A stretch of DNA of 64,000 nucleotides from Eledone cirrhosa. Taxonomy: Eukaryota. Made by a program: the position numbers and the translations under genes. Within the stretch, counting starts at the first letter, position 1, and each line of letters opens with the position of its first letter. The notes below the pieces were generated by a model. It was given only the letters and a program-made list of their open reading frames with translations. It searched no databases and was not told the DNA's origin. Location of the stretch: assembly GCA_964016885.1 (NCBI GenBank), contig OZ024757.1, positions 11,656,001 to 11,720,000 of the forward strand, in the 5' to 3' direction. Below, one piece after another: positions 40,895 through 57,475 of this stretch.

Positions 40895-41488
40895 CATGCC
40901 TCTATGTATTTATTTTCTTTTATTAATTGAGTTCTTTACACGAGGAATTAATATTGGTTTTGAAATAACTAATTAACTCGCGTGTATATTATTTTATTTT
41001 TTTCCTCATTTCGAGGGTTGTCTCCCCTTCCCGCTTCGTGTCGCTATGATACTTCCTCAGTCAAAAACTGCTGGAATTTCAAATTGGGCGGTCATTCGAG
41101 GTGAGAGAGAGCAACTTTACGGACATGATTTTTGACAGCGGTAAGAAATTGTTTTCTTATATCAATGTTTAATGGGCTTCCACTGATGATTTATAAGTGC
41201 CCACCTAAATATATTCTTACATGAATATATATTAGGCTTCTACATAAACTGGAAACATTCTCCCAAACTTGTAGAAAACTTATAATGAAACAATTGTTTG
41301 GAAAGAGAGATATACTTTAACTTTAATTATATCTCATAAAATAATACAACTGGTTTTTCCACATTATACATTTTGTTAGCACCCCAAACACTTAAATTGT
41401 GTTTATATTTCAATATAACCTAATGTTTGTTGAGTGAGATGGTTACCAGTCAGAGTTTAGCTTTAAACTATCTCTGTTATTGTATTAC

Positions 41489-41560
<72 letters not shown>

Positions 41561-41785
41561 GTATATATATATATATATATATATGTAACTATATGTATAT
41601 ATGTATATATATATATGTATATATATATGTATATATATGTATATATATATGTATATGTATATATATGTATACACATATATATGTATATGTATATATATGT
41701 ATATATATATATGTATATGTATATATATGTATATATATATATATATGTATATGTATATATATGTATATATATATGTATATGTATA

Positions 41786-43482
<1,697 letters not shown>

Positions 43483-43501
43483 GTATATATATATATATAC
43501 A

Positions 43502-45613
43502 TAAGCTACAGGAGAGGTTCACAGTGGAAGTGAGAAACAGGTTTAGTGCTCTGTGTGGAGTGTCAGAGGAGAGAGAGATTGGATGGACTGAGGAGAGTGT
43601 GACGAGGAGGTACGGGCACTTCACCAATGCAGTGGCGGAAGCAAGTGAAACCCTGGTGCCGAGGAAAAAGAACAAAGGGAAGCACGTCAGCTCTGCAAAC
43701 CCAAAAGTGTGTGCGGCCAGAGAACACCTGAAAGCTGCCAAGGACCAATTCTATGCTGATCCTACGGAGGAGAGGATGGAGACTGTGGAGATGATGAGGG
43801 AAGAACTCTGTACCGCTTACACTGAGGTCAGAGAGGAGGCACTGATATAGAAGATCAGAAGTGTGGAGAGAGTGGTTGACAGATCTGGATGTAAGGAGAG
43901 CTGGATGATCATCAACGAGATCACAGGGAGGAAGAGAAGGTGTTCGAGTCAGATCCAGGGAGCGGGGCCCGACGATAGGAAGAGGAAATGGCTAGACCAT
44001 TTTAGGACCCTACTAGGAGAGCCACCCTCCACAGCCCAGAGCACTGGGGAGATCAGGCGGCTGTTTGAGGAACTGGATGTTGAGACAGAGCCCTTTACCA
44101 GAGAGGAGCTTCAGAGAGCCAAGAAGAGGATCAAGGAGGGCAAGGCTCATGGAGAAGATGGAGTGGCATCAGAGGTGATGAATAGGTGTGATTTTGATGA
44201 TATCATCCTGGGGTTCTGTAACGGGGCACTGAAGAAAGGAGTTGCCCCAAATCAGTGGAGGATCAGTAACATCGTCCCAGTGCCAAAGAATGGAGATCTC
44301 TCTAACACCAACAACTACAGGGGGATCTCACTGACGTCACTTGTGGCAAAGACCCTCAACAGGATGATTCTTAACAGGATCCAGCCTGAGATGGAGAAGA
44401 AGCTCAGGGACAACCAGAACGGCTTCAGAGAGGGAAGATCAACCACCAGTCACATCCTGATGCTGAGGAGGATATTAGAGGGAGCTAAAGCAAAGTGCCT
44501 TCCTGCGGTCATGGTTTTCATTGACTTTAGGAAGGCCTTTGATTCTGTGGACCGTTACTGCCTGATGAAGATCTTGCAGGCTTATGGAATCCCCAAGAAG
44601 ATAGTGGACCTGATATCACTGCTCTACACCAACACCAAAGCCCAAGTCATGGGATATCAGAGTTCTTTGAGATACTGGCTGGAGTGCTCCAGGGAGATAC
44701 ATTGGCTCCCTACCTTTTTATCATCGTAGTGGACTATTGTATGCGCCTTGCACTGGAGAAACACCAGGACTCTGGTTTTACTGTGGCACCGGCTCAGAGC
44801 AGGAGAGTGAGGGCAAAAAAGTATCGGATGCTGAATTTGCCGGCGACATAGTTTTGGTGACAAATACAGTGAAGGAGGCAGAGGCAGAGGATTTGATGCG
44901 GGAAGTTGAGACAGTGTCGATGAGTGTGGGGCTGAGAATGAATGAGACTAAAACAAAATATCTGGTAGAGAATGTTGAGAAGACAGAGGGGATCACTAAT
45001 GTAGGCGGGAAGCCGCTAGAATTGGTTAAGGACTTCCTGTATTTGGGAGCAAAGATTGGGAATACGGAAGATGATGTGGTTGAGATGAAGAGCAAGGCCT
45101 GGGCGGCGTGCCACAGCTTGAGATTGGTGTGGAAGTCGGACCTTCGTAGAGACCTGAAAATCCGCCTCTTCATTGCTGTAGTGGAGTCTGTGCTGCTGTA
45201 TGGGTCTGAGACTTGGACACTGACCAAGAAACTCACTCAGATGGTGGATGGGTGCTACACGAGAATGCTGAGGATGGCTCTGAACATTAATCAGTATACA
45301 CTGAGGATGAAAAACTCAGAGCTGTATGGGAGCCTCCCAAAAGTCAGCTCAAAAGTGACACAGAGGAGACTGAGGTTAGGTGGACATGCTCACCGACATC
45401 CAGAGTTGACATTGCACTCAGTGCTCCTTTGGGAGCCCCTACATGGACACACTAGAAGACGAAGACCAAGGTTAACGTATGTTGATGCCCTAAGGACAGA
45501 CATTGACTGGTCTATAGGAGACGCAGGACATGGCAGCGATAATGAGGGACAGAGACCGCTGGAGAGAACTCGTCCATGGATCTCGGGAATGTTACCCGCC
45601 TTAGAATAGAATA

Positions 45614-45617
<4 letters not shown>
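43502..45617 (+). mobile_element. RTE-clade LINE family 2, 5'-truncated, disrupted RT
   Basis: NYRGISLTS, QNGFREGRST, FIDFRKAFDS, GSETW; same family as 6356-7525; (TAGAA)n tail. Confidence 0.9.
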
Positions 45618-45696
<79 letters not shown>

Positions 45697-45700
<4 letters not shown>

Positions 45701-46059
45701 TAAACGGAATAGAAAATGCTACCAATCAAAATTGTTTTGACCACAAGCATTTTTGCAACACAAAAATAAAGCTGGAGCCACTTTTTTAACATAAAAACAG
45801 GTAGAATTCCCAAAACTAATCAGATCAGAGCAAACAGCACGGACACTCTATCTCAAAATTATTTTTGAAAAGCATTTAGAAATGCGCAACCGGTAAAAAC
45901 TTAAAAACTTAAAACCACAACTGAATACTAACCCATACAATCACTAATACTCTTTTATTCCTAATTAAACCATTTTTCAACTGTGAACAATTTGTCAGCA
46001 TTTTCTATTCCGTTTACCAATATATAATAACTTGTGTGTCACACCTCTATTCTTTTAAC

Positions 46060-46060
<1 letters not shown>
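45697..46060. repeat. Small element with 24-bp perfect inverted repeats (MITE or PLE-type mini fold-back)
   Basis: TTGGTAAACGGAATAGAAAATGCT 45697-45720 inverted at 45997-46020, TA-flanked, plus ~40-bp one-sided extension. Confidence 0.65.
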
Positions 46061-46090
<30 letters not shown>

Positions 46091-46155
46091 GTATATATAT
46101 ATATATATGTATATATATGTATATATATATATATGTATATATATGTATGTATATG

Positions 46156-46186
<31 letters not shown>

Positions 46187-46187
46187 G

Positions 46188-46219
<32 letters not shown>

Positions 46220-46428
46220 TATGTGTATATATATGTATATATATATGTATATATATGTATATATATGTATTTATATATATATGTGTATATATATATATGT
46301 GTATATATATATATGTATATATATGTATGTATATGTATGTATATATATATATATGTATATATATATATGTATATATATATATGTATATATATGTATATAT
46401 ATATATGTATATATATATATATGTATAT

Positions 46429-46461
<33 letters not shown>

Positions 46462-49400
46462 GTTTAACGTCCATCTTCCACGGTTCCGTGGGTTTGGACG
46501 GGAGTTTTCCCCGTTGAGGCAAGAGTGGTTGTCTTGCTCGCATAGGACTGTCTGGCGGGTTTTCTACGGCTGGATACCCTTCCTAACACCAACCACATTT
46601 ACAGTGTGGAACTGGGAGGTTTTTACCGTGTTACCTACACGGCCACATTAGAGCGTGGACTGTGTTTTTTTGTCGTGACACCTACACGACCTCATTTGTT
46701 TCGGACTGGATGTTGTGGTACCAACATAACTTCATATTTAAGGGAGTGGTGTGGATGGGGTGGGGGTAATGGGACGGGAGGGGGGGGGTTATTTTGTTAG
46801 AGGTGCCTACTGACTGTAGTAGGTTTCGCTTAGTACTTAGGTAAGGCGGGTCTTCTGTATCACTGTGTAGCGCTAAAGATCTCGGTCCAGTGACATTGTC
46901 TTGGAGAGGTGTAAGTCTATGAGGTCGGAATTTATTAAGTCGTCCCAGGTTTTTCTGGGTCTGCCTACTCCGTGGCTACCGTCTATTTTTATTGCCCTGC
47001 ACTTTTTTATACAGCTGTCGTCTTTCATGCGCATCACGTGACCATACCAACGTAGTCTTCTCTCGAGTAAACAACATCTGGTCTCTCTTATTCCTAATTT
47101 CTCAATTAGTTCGTTTATGCTTTGCCGTTCACGTATATTACTATTACACATCCAGCGGAGCATGCAAGCTTCGTTTCTCTCCAGTCTGCGTATATCCTCT
47201 GCACACAATGCCCAGGTCTCACTGCCATGCAACATTGTTGTTCGTATGCAGGCATCATACAGCCTGCCTTTCATTTTTAGAGAGAACCCTTTAGCGGCCA
47301 ATAGTGGTATAGGCTCTCTGAACTTTTTCCATCCCGTTCTCACTCTTGCTACTGTACTTTCAGCGCACCCTTCACCACTGCTGATTTTGTCACCCAGGTA
47401 ACGGAAGGTGTCAACTATTTCTATAGAACCATCTGTGCAATGGAATGAGCTAATATTCTCTGGGCACTTGCTGCTACTTATTGCACCAGAGCACCGGCCA
47501 CATATAACATCTATATTCTTAATTAGCTTACCTGTGATCCCACTACATCTTTTATGCACCCATACTTTGCATTTGGGACATAAAATTGAGTTTTTGCCTA
47601 CTCCTCTCCTACACACTGAGCATAGCCATTTCCCAGATGGGACCAGTGCCCTATTTTCCTTCCTACAAACTAGAACTTTAGTCTTAGACAAGTTAACTTT
47701 AAGGCCATTTGATTGTAGGCCATGCTTCCATGTTTGGAATTTCTTCTCTAGTTCAGCCATTGATTCAGCTATGAGCGTTAGATCATCTGCGTATAGAAGT
47801 TCCCATGGGCTGCCGGTCTTGAACTTCTCTGTTATAGCCTGAAGAGCAATAATAAATAATAGGGGGCTAAGGACGGAGCCCTGATGAACACCAACTTTTA
47901 CGCTAAACTCTTCACTAAATTCGTTGTTAATTCTAACCTTGCTGACTGTTTCTTTATACATGGCTTGTATAGCTCTCACAAGCCATTCATGAACACCTAG
48001 TTTTCTAAGGGCCCACCAGATAATCGAGTGGGGTACTCTGTCAAAGGCTTTCTCTAAGTGAACAAAAGCTAAGTATAGGGGTTTACTTTTAGCTAGGTTC
48101 TTTTCCTGTAGTTATCGTACAATGAAAAGAGCGTCTGTGGTACTTCTACCCGACACAAACCCGAACTGCATTTCATCTAGATCAATTCTCTCTCTGATTA
48201 GTTGCGCTATTACTTTTTCTGTGACCTTCATGACCTGGTCGATTAATTTAATGCTTCTATAGTTACCCCTATCTAGGGCATCTCCTTTACCCTTGTAGCA
48301 GTTAATGATGATGCTGCTGCGCCAGTCCCTCGGAACGACCCCATTCTGTATGACTTGGTTTACTATCCGGGTGACCATAATGTGTCCCACCGTTCCAGAT
48401 GCTTTCAGCATTTCAGCAACTATTTCCGAAAGCCCAGCCGCCTTACCCGTCTTTATATCTTTGATTGCCTTACTTATTATTCTACCTTCAACTAGCACTG
48501 TTTGTTACTCTATTGGATCGATTTGGGGGAGACTGTCTTTCTCCTATTTATTCTCCTCATTTAGTAGCCTTTCGTAGTGACACTTCCAAGCTACCTTCTT
48601 ATCAGCGTCAGTGATGGCAAGTACACCATCATCATTAAGGACACACTTCTCCCCGACAATATCACGGTTTTCCTTGACACATTGCCTAGCAATCATGAAC
48701 ACCTCACGTTTTTGGTCCTCGCATTGTAGAACATACTTGAAATTTCTTTCCTCTGCTTCCCTTTTTGCGAAGTAGACTTGTCTCCTAGCTTCCCTCCTGG
48801 TCACTTGATAGTCTTCTCTACGGCCTCCATCGTGCCATACTTTCCAAGCCTGGTTTTTGGCCTTAATTGACTCCTCCACCTTACTATTCCACCACCACGT
48901 TACTCTCCTCCTGCCTATAGGCCTGCTCCAGCCACAGACTTCATCTGCCGCCTTCAGCAGGTTAGCTTTCAAGAATACCCACTGTTCCTCTATATTCTAC
49001 GATTCTAATTGCTCTTCCTTACTGTCGAAAGCATCAAGTAATATGCTTTTAAATTTATTACTGGCTGTGGGGTCCTTTAGCTTCCATATTTTTCTCCTGA
49101 GGATAGTCCTCCTCTGTTGTCGAGTACGTCTTGTCCTGACTATGAGGTCGCTGACTATGAGTCTATGTTGGGAGGTGCATTCTTCATGGGGGAGGGATTT
49201 AGTGTTTACAACAGACAATCTATCACGTCTTCTGGTAAGGAGATAATCCATCTGACTGGCGTGTTCCCCTGATATATAGGTGATCAAGTGATTGTCTCGT
49301 CTTTTGAAGTTAGTGTTACAGATAGTTAGGTTATTTGCATCGCAGAATTCCAGGATTCTGGAGCCTTCCTCATTTCTAGTACCAAGCCCATAGCCTCCAT

Positions 49401-50310
49401 GGACTCCGTCATAGCCGTCACAATGTTGTCCAACGTGACCATTTAGGTCGCCAGCAATAATTATGTAGTCACTGTCGGTTATTTGGGAGGTAGTGAGCAT
49501 CAATGTCTCATAGAATCTGTCTTTTAAAGTGCCAGGCAGTCCGGTTTGGGGTGCATACGCAGATATTACTGTCACAGTATTTCTATTTAGGACAAGTCTT
49601 ATTTTAATTATTCTGTCGTTCACTCTATTTACGTCTATTATCTTATCTACCCATTTTTCTGCTAACATGATTCCTACCCTACCCAGCCCATTTTCATTTC
49701 CCACCCAGAAAAGCTTATAGCATCGTTTTTTACCCACAATGAATCTAGCAGACCCACCCCTCCGCCTGGCCTCTTGGATACAGCAAACATCAACCTCCTT
49801 ACGTTCAAGTATTTCTACAACCTCGTTAGAGCGACCTTTTAAGGTGCCTACGTTCATGGTACCAACTCTGAAGTTTTGGATTGCGTTTGGTGCGTGGGAA
49901 CGGAAGGGGCGCGGGAAAGGGGTTGGGGTTATGTTGGCCTTCCACGGCCGAAACAAAGAGGAGTCCTTGTCATATCGTCCGGCAGCATGTGGTGAGTTTG
50001 TCTTTATCTTTAGCATTGTCACTGAGTGTCCAGATTTTTCAGACTCTCCAGAATTCCTTAGTCCATCCATCATATCGGCAAACAAACAGAAGTGATAGCA
50101 TAGGCCGCTGACTTATGATTGATCCTAATAATAATGGTGGGGGTGGGGGCGGGTAGGAGGGGTATGGGGTAGTTAGCGAGAGGGTTTAAATGAAATCTTC
50201 GAATTTTGGGCATAATTGGAGAAGCATATAACAGTAATAATAAGCGAATAATGGGGTTTTAAAATACAAGATTATTTAGAAACAGCCAGACAGAATTATA
50301 GAATAGCATT
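46429..50310 (-). mobile_element. Near full-length RTE family 1 LINE (APE + RT), multiple stops/frameshifts
   Basis: GTMNVGTL, CCIQE, SAYAPQ, GDLNGHVG, SQHR; MQFGF, GVHQGSVLSPLLF, LLYADD; (CAT)n end. Confidence 0.93.
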
Positions 50311-50391
50311 GATATATATGTATATATATATATACAAATATATATATATACATATACATATATATATATATATATATATTTATACATATAC

Positions 50392-50475
<84 letters not shown>

Positions 50476-50554
50476 TCCATCTGGTTCCTTACCACATTTC
50501 TTTCGTTATATATATATATAACGAAGGAAATGTGGTAAGGAACCAGATGGACCA

Positions 50555-50585
<31 letters not shown>

Positions 50586-50701
50586 TAAAATAACAGATTA
50601 ATGTTTAAGCAAATTTAGTCTTCAAATTTATTATTATTAAAATTAGTCTTCGAATATATTATTATTACTACATATATATATATACATATATATACATATA
50701 C

Positions 50702-50788
<87 letters not shown>

Positions 50789-50792
<4 letters not shown>

Positions 50793-50878
50793 TTAGTTTT
50801 GCAAACAAGACCACAAATTTCACAAGGAGGACATTAAAGGATTGTCAACATAGTTTTAGTTAATGGAAGGAATGCAAA

Positions 50879-50909
<31 letters not shown>

Positions 50910-51009
50910 TATATATATATATATTTATACATATATATATATATAGGAACGAGTAGGATCCCGACGGCTGAGCTCAAGCCGTTTCGACGGCTAATTACTA
51001 CATTTCCTT

Positions 51010-51046
<37 letters not shown>

Positions 51047-51259
51047 TTAGTTTTGCAAACAAGACCACAAATTTCACAAGGAGGACATTAAAGGATTGTC
51101 AACATAGTTTTAGTTAATGGAAGGAATGCAAAGAATAATAATAATAATAATAATTATATATATATATATTTATACATATATATATATATAGGAACGAGTA
51201 GGATCCCGACGGCTGAGCTCAAGCCGTTTCGACGGCTAATTACTACATTTCCTTCCTTA
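50789..51259 (+). repeat. ~250-bp tandem duplication of two unrelated TE-end fragments
   Basis: [family J end + (AAT)n + B mini] at 50789-51014 and 51043-51259; J end also at 22022-22125 and 56787-56831. Confidence 0.85.
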
Positions 51260-51279
51260 TATATATATATATATATATA

Positions 51280-53903
51280 TGTAGGAGGTGAGTTTTATTG
51301 TAGTACAATAAAGCAATGCAGATATCGGATAAGAAGCACTCTACAGTTTGTAGGACTGGAGTATACATAATATAAGATCAAAAGATGGTTAAAGGAGTTC
51401 CATGTATTTTATTATGTGCAGTTCAAAAACAAACATCATCATGCAATAATATTTGTGTTTTCATCAGATAAAACAGGAGAACATGATATGAAGGCTAAAA
51501 AACACTTGTGGATAGTGCAGTTTTAAATCAACATATGAAAAGTGGTTTTAGATTGATGTGTGATATTGGGAAAAATATTTTATTTAGAGAGGGGGGGGTG
51601 GAAAGGATGAAAAAGGGGAGGAGATGAGAGGGAGAGATGGGTGATAGAGAGAAAGAGATAGTTTTTATAACTGAGAGGAGATATATTGTTATACATAGAG
51701 AGGTTGAAAACCGTTGGAAGATAATGTATAAATTAAAAAAATTTGAAAATTAACGAAAGGAGGATATGTGCGAGGAAAAAGTATTTTATTTAGGGAGGGG
51801 GGGTGGAAAGGATGAAAAAGGGGGAGGAGATGAGAGTGAAGGTGGAGAGGGAGAGATGGGTGATAGAGAGAAAGAGATAGTTTTTATAACTGAGAGAAAG
51901 ATATATTGTTTACATAGAGAGGTTGAGAACCGTTGGAAGATAATGTATAAATTAAAGGAATTTGAAAATTAACGAAGGGAATTTATGTATGAAGATAGAG
52001 AGAAGAAATAATAATTGTGGATGAATATTCTAACGTCAAAAAAAAGGGTATGTTGATAAGTATTGTGGCAATTTCAAAATTAACGAAGAGAAAAATTATT
52101 AAGGTTTGTGTGTAGAAGGATTTGAGAAAAATAATGTGAAGTTAAAGTTTGTATATTGGAGGAATTGATAATATATGCGAATAAAGAGTTAATATGTATT
52201 AAGAATGAGTTCGTTGATGGGGAGAAAAAAATAATAAATTAAGGATGAAATTGAGATTAAAAAGATTTATGATAGAGAGAAAAAAATAATGATTGCGGAT
52301 GAATATTCTAACGTCAAAAAACAAATGTATATGTTATGAAGGATTTTACAAGGTGAAGATAGAATGAGGGTAATGAGTAAACAAGTATTATAGAGTGTGT
52401 AATGCCCTTTAAAGTATGGTAGGAAGATGGGTATATATATAGAAAAGATTCTAAATTGATAAAGAATTGAATATTAACTGTATACTTTGTGAAAAGTTCT
52501 ATGGAATTTATGCAGGCAGATAGAAAACAAATCTGTACGTCTATTTATTATAGAATCTAGGTTAGAGATAATGGTGAATTTTTCATTTAGGCAGAGATTA
52601 CAGATTTTAGATAGAGAGCTGTTCAAGTATGAGGATGCAGAAGAAACCTTCTTCCAAAAGATGGTATATTTAATGTTTTTGTCTTTTAAGGACCATATGA
52701 GTTCTGAGAGAGCAGTGTTGGTTCTTTTAATTTGTATTTGAAAGATGAATGATGATTATAGAGACGAGCTTTAAAAGAGGTGGAAGTGGAGCCAAAATAG
52801 GTGAAGGAATTGGTGCTAGTTATAATTTTACATTCATAAATTAAGTTTTTATCGAGACAATGGTTGTTGAGAGGACATTTATTTTTAATGCGGCAGTTGC
52901 AATTAGAGAGATTATTAATGAGTGACCTAGTGTTATCTATAGAAGGAATTGGATTGGAGAAGTTGTTTGCGATAGGAATAATAGGAATAATAGTTTCTTG
53001 ATTTAGAGTTGGATTATGCACATTTAGCGAAGTTGTGTTTGACGTTGTATTTGGGTTTACAGAAGTTAGCCTAGGGTTTACAATGACGTCGGGAGTACTA
53101 TTACTGTTATTATAAAATTCAATGTTGGAAGGAAGAGATTTAGTATTTAGTATTTTATTGTTGTGTTTAGAGATGATGTTGGAAATATTGGAGGATGTGG
53201 AATAAGAAAATTTGATGGTGTGTTTGTTAAATATTTTACTATAGATATGTGAGGGAGGGAAGCATTTATTATTTCTTCTCTTTATCTTCATACATAAATT
53301 CCCTTCGTTAATTTTCAAATTCCTTTAATTTATACATTATCTTCCAACGGTTCTCAACCTCTCTATGTAAACAATATATCTTTCTCTCAGTTATAAAAAC
53401 TATCTCTTTCTCTCTATCACCCATCTCTCCCTCTCCACCTTCACTCTCATCTCCTCCCCCTTTTTTCATCCTTTCCACTCCCCCCTCCCTAAATAAAATA
53501 CTTTTTCCTCGCACATATCCTCCTTTCGTTAATTTTCAAATTTTTTTAATTTATACATTATCTTCCAACGGTTTTCAACCTCTCTATGTAAAACAATATA
53601 TCTCCTCTCAGTTATAAAAACTATCTCTTTCTCTCTATCACCCATCTCTCCCTCTCATCTCCTCCCCTTTTTCATCTTCCCCCCCCCCTCTCTAAATAAA
53701 ATATTTTCCCAATATCACACATCAATCTAAAACCACTTTTCATATGTTGATTTAAAACTGCACTATACACAAGTGTTTTTTAGCCTTCATATCATGTTCT
53801 CCTGTTTTATCTGATGAAAACACAAATATTATTGCATGATGATGTTTGTTTTTGAAATGCGCATAATAAAATACATGGAACTCCTTTAACCATCTTTTGA
53901 TCT

Positions 53904-53909
<6 letters not shown>
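51280..53909 (-). mobile_element. Penelope-like element family D, copy 2 (fold-back)
   Basis: GIY-YIG 52475-53265 (CNCRIKNKCPLNNHC, LIYEC...YFGST); arm 51368-52016 inverted at 53267-53909; long extension at left. Confidence 0.9.
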
Positions 53910-53942
<33 letters not shown>

Positions 53943-53945
<3 letters not shown>

Positions 53946-56711
53946 TCTTTTAATCTTTTACCTGTTTCAGCCATCCGGCTGAGGCCATGCTGGGGCACCG
54001 CCCTTGTTGCTACACATTTTATCTCCAGCTTGTATATGTTGGCCACTCTTGTAAGAGGGAGTTTGTTGCTGCTGCCCTTAGGTTTACCTCGTGTCTTGCT
54101 GTGGGCTCATCCGGGATCCTGGATAACAACGTGTCGAGATGTTTCTTGAAGACATCCACCTCCACGTCATGCAAGTCTCTCAGATCCCTCGGCAGCCTGT
54201 TGAAGTGTTGAGGGCCCTTGAATCCCAGGCTATTGCAATACCTGCTCCTTATTCTAGATGTGGAAGACGGGACCTTTTGCACCACACAGTGACGTCCTGT
54301 TCGACGGTTGGTCGAGTTCCCAATGCCAAAGTTTGGCGCTAGTCGCTCCAGGATTTTTCACATGTAGATCACTGCGTATCTCTCCCGTCTTCGCTCCAAG
54401 GAGTTGAGGTTCAGTTCCTTTACCCTCTCCCAGTAGCTTGTCTCCCTCATCTTGGCAATCCTCTTGGTGTAGCTTCGCTGGATTGCCTCAAGCTCCGTGG
54501 TTAGTTTGACACTATGGGGTGACCACAACTAGGAGCAGTAGTCCAGGCGGCTTAGGACAAATGTCCTCCATAGTGTCAACATGGTGTCTCGATCTCTTGG
54601 CCGGAAAGTCTTCAAGATCCAGCCAGCGAGTCGTCTGCACATTGTCGCCACTTTCATGATGTGTGAAGAAAAAGATGCATCATCGCTCATGTCTATGCCC
54701 AGATCTCGTATCGATTTTGACACGGGGATATCGGTCCCTCCTGGTCCTGTGTAGCTGTGTTCCACTATATTTGTGTTTGCAGGTTTGTTTGGAGGTTTGT
54801 ATTGTAGGGCTTGGAATTTGCCAGCATTAAACTGCATGTTGTTTTCTTCCGCCCATTTGTATATGGCATCCAGATCCTGCTGTAACAGGGCAGCGTCAGC
54901 CGGGTTTTTGATTGCCTGTGGTATCTTAGTGTCATCAGCATAGCTAGTGAGGGATGTTGTTGTATGTACTACAGAGGGCATGTCTGAGAGAGCCACCAAA
55001 AACAGTAGTGGTCCCAGGACTGTCCCCTGGGGCACCCCACTTGTTATTGGTGTTTCCTTTGAGAGGGCCCCCTTTTCTGCGACTGCAGCCATGCAGCCAC
55101 TCACCTACTTTTCCAGTTATGCCGAGTCCGTGTAGTTTGTGACATATCATTCCGTGGTCGACCTTGTCAAAGGCCTTCGCAAAGTCAAGATATATCACGT
55201 CCACATGTGAGCTGTCTAGTAGTTGTCTCAGTACCCAGTCGTAGTGATGTAGCAGCTGTGTAAGGCAGCTTCTTCCTGGGCGGAAGCCATCTTGCGTGCT
55301 AGTCAGGCGGTCATTTTTCTCGAGGAAAGTGATTAGTTTCTTTCTGACGACTCGCTCCATGACCTTACTGATATGCGACGTCAGGGAGACTGGCCTATAG
55401 TTTTTGGCCTCCGCTCTGCTACCTCCTTTATGGATAGGGCATATTGTGCCTTCTTTCAGCTCCCTGGGTAGTACAACGCTAGCCAAGGAGCTACTGAAGA
55501 GCATCTTCAGTGGAGTTGCTAAGGCCCGCTTACATATTTTTAAGAGAACTGCTGGGAATCCATCAGGTCCAGCAGCCGAGTCTGTTCTAATTTCATCAAT
55601 GGCGTACACCACATCCTCCTCCGTTATGTCTATGTGGTTGATGGTTGCCATTTCTTGATGTAGTGTTGTGGCATCAAAGAACTCCTCTGGCTTCGTTATT
55701 TGCATGTGCCTCAGTGGACATGTGAACACACTTTTGTACTGTTCGTTCAGTATTTCACATATCTCTTGGGGGTTTTCGGTTAATGAACCGTCCGTATAGA
55801 AGAGTGGCCCAATCTTGCAATGTACTGAGGCAGTCTCCTTTGCAAATCCAAAGAAGGCTTTAGGGTTTGTTTTAATGTTTTCTATGGCCCTGTTCTCTTT
55901 CTTTGCCCTCTCATTCTCATGGGAGTGCAATCTCGGTGTCAAGTAGTGCACGTTTCAAATAGGATTCCTTCTTGTTTTTGTTTTGTTGACTATTCAACTG
56001 GTTTGAGAGTTTAGTTCTACGTCTCATAAGGATTTTCCTATCTCTGGGAATAAGATTTTTGTGTCTGTTTGCCTCTTTCTCCGGGACAAACTTTTTGCAT
56101 ATAGTGTGTATCGTTGTCATGAAATGTTGTAATTGTGTGTTAGTGTCTTGTGTGGCGGTGTTTTCACTCCATGTTTGCTTCCGGATTTCTCTCTTAATCT
56201 TTTTCCAGTTAGCCTTGTAGAAGTTAAGGCTGTATAGCGTCCCGGAGTTTCTTGGTGGTTTTGTCTCTGTTGGTTCTCTTGGACCACATATCATTAGCTC
56301 TACTATGTTATGATCCGAGAGAATTGTTGGTGTTACCTTTACATTGTGGATGAGCACTTCGTTGTTTGTAAAACAGAGGTCCAGGACATTTTCGCCTCTT
56401 GTTGGGAGCAGTATTGCTTGCACCATGAACAGCCTGTGTGTGAGGGCCAGCAGGGATTCCGTCTGTCTCTCTTCTATTTTGAGGGAGGGAAGCATTTATT
56501 TCACACGGTGAAAATAAACATGTTTAAAACGCTAATATATGTAAAATATACTTCAAAATAATTGCGTCAAAGCACCAAAACTTATCTTTTGTGTATGTTT
56601 TCCTTGTCCTCTGAAAAATTAAAGCCATACATAAATCCGATTTACTGTCGATTTAAAATATTGAAATTTCAAATCTGGACATACGAGAAACCACGTCTTA
56701 CTCCAACAAGT

Positions 56712-56716
<5 letters not shown>
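53943..56716 (-). mobile_element. CR1-group LINE family 2, RT-containing copy with internal deletion
   Basis: NYRPVSLTS, YLDFAKAFDKVDH, SGVPQGTVLGP, YADD; 3' end GGCGGTGCCCCAGCATGGCC...AAAAGAGTA. Confidence 0.88.
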
Positions 56717-56790
<74 letters not shown>

Positions 56791-56830
56791 TTAGTTTAGC
56801 AATCAAGACCACAAATTTCACAAGGAGGAC

Positions 56831-56902
<72 letters not shown>

Positions 56903-56909
56903 ATGTATA

Positions 56910-56984
<75 letters not shown>

Positions 56985-57377
56985 TGGTTGCCAACTCGTT
57001 TTCGAGTACGGCCAGTACTTTATATCCATGTAGGAGAACCCCTACCGATGCACTGAACGAGTGTGACTTTCCAGTCCAGCCAGCGACTTGAAAACTCTGG
57101 TACAAACACTACACTTGTGACAATCACTGACACATAGTGCTAGGCCCATGGTACCATGCGACGACAAGCGCAGAGAGATCTCCAGATATAAAGCAATGCC
57201 TGTGCCGTGAAGCTTTTATAGTGAGCAAAGGCACTGCACAAAGCCGGTGCCACTCTCTTAACCAAGATGATATTTACCAAAAAGAAGAACAAGTCAACAT
57301 CATTGGATACCATCAGGGTTGCAGGTGTTATATCAGAGTTTTCCTTCTCCTAGAATTCTGCCTTGACATATTCTCTC

Positions 57378-57475
<98 letters not shown>

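Noticed and set aside
50100-50310. HDV-like ribozyme at RTE 5' end
   Set aside because: Looked for because some RTE elements have one; could not identify the nested pseudoknot by eye.
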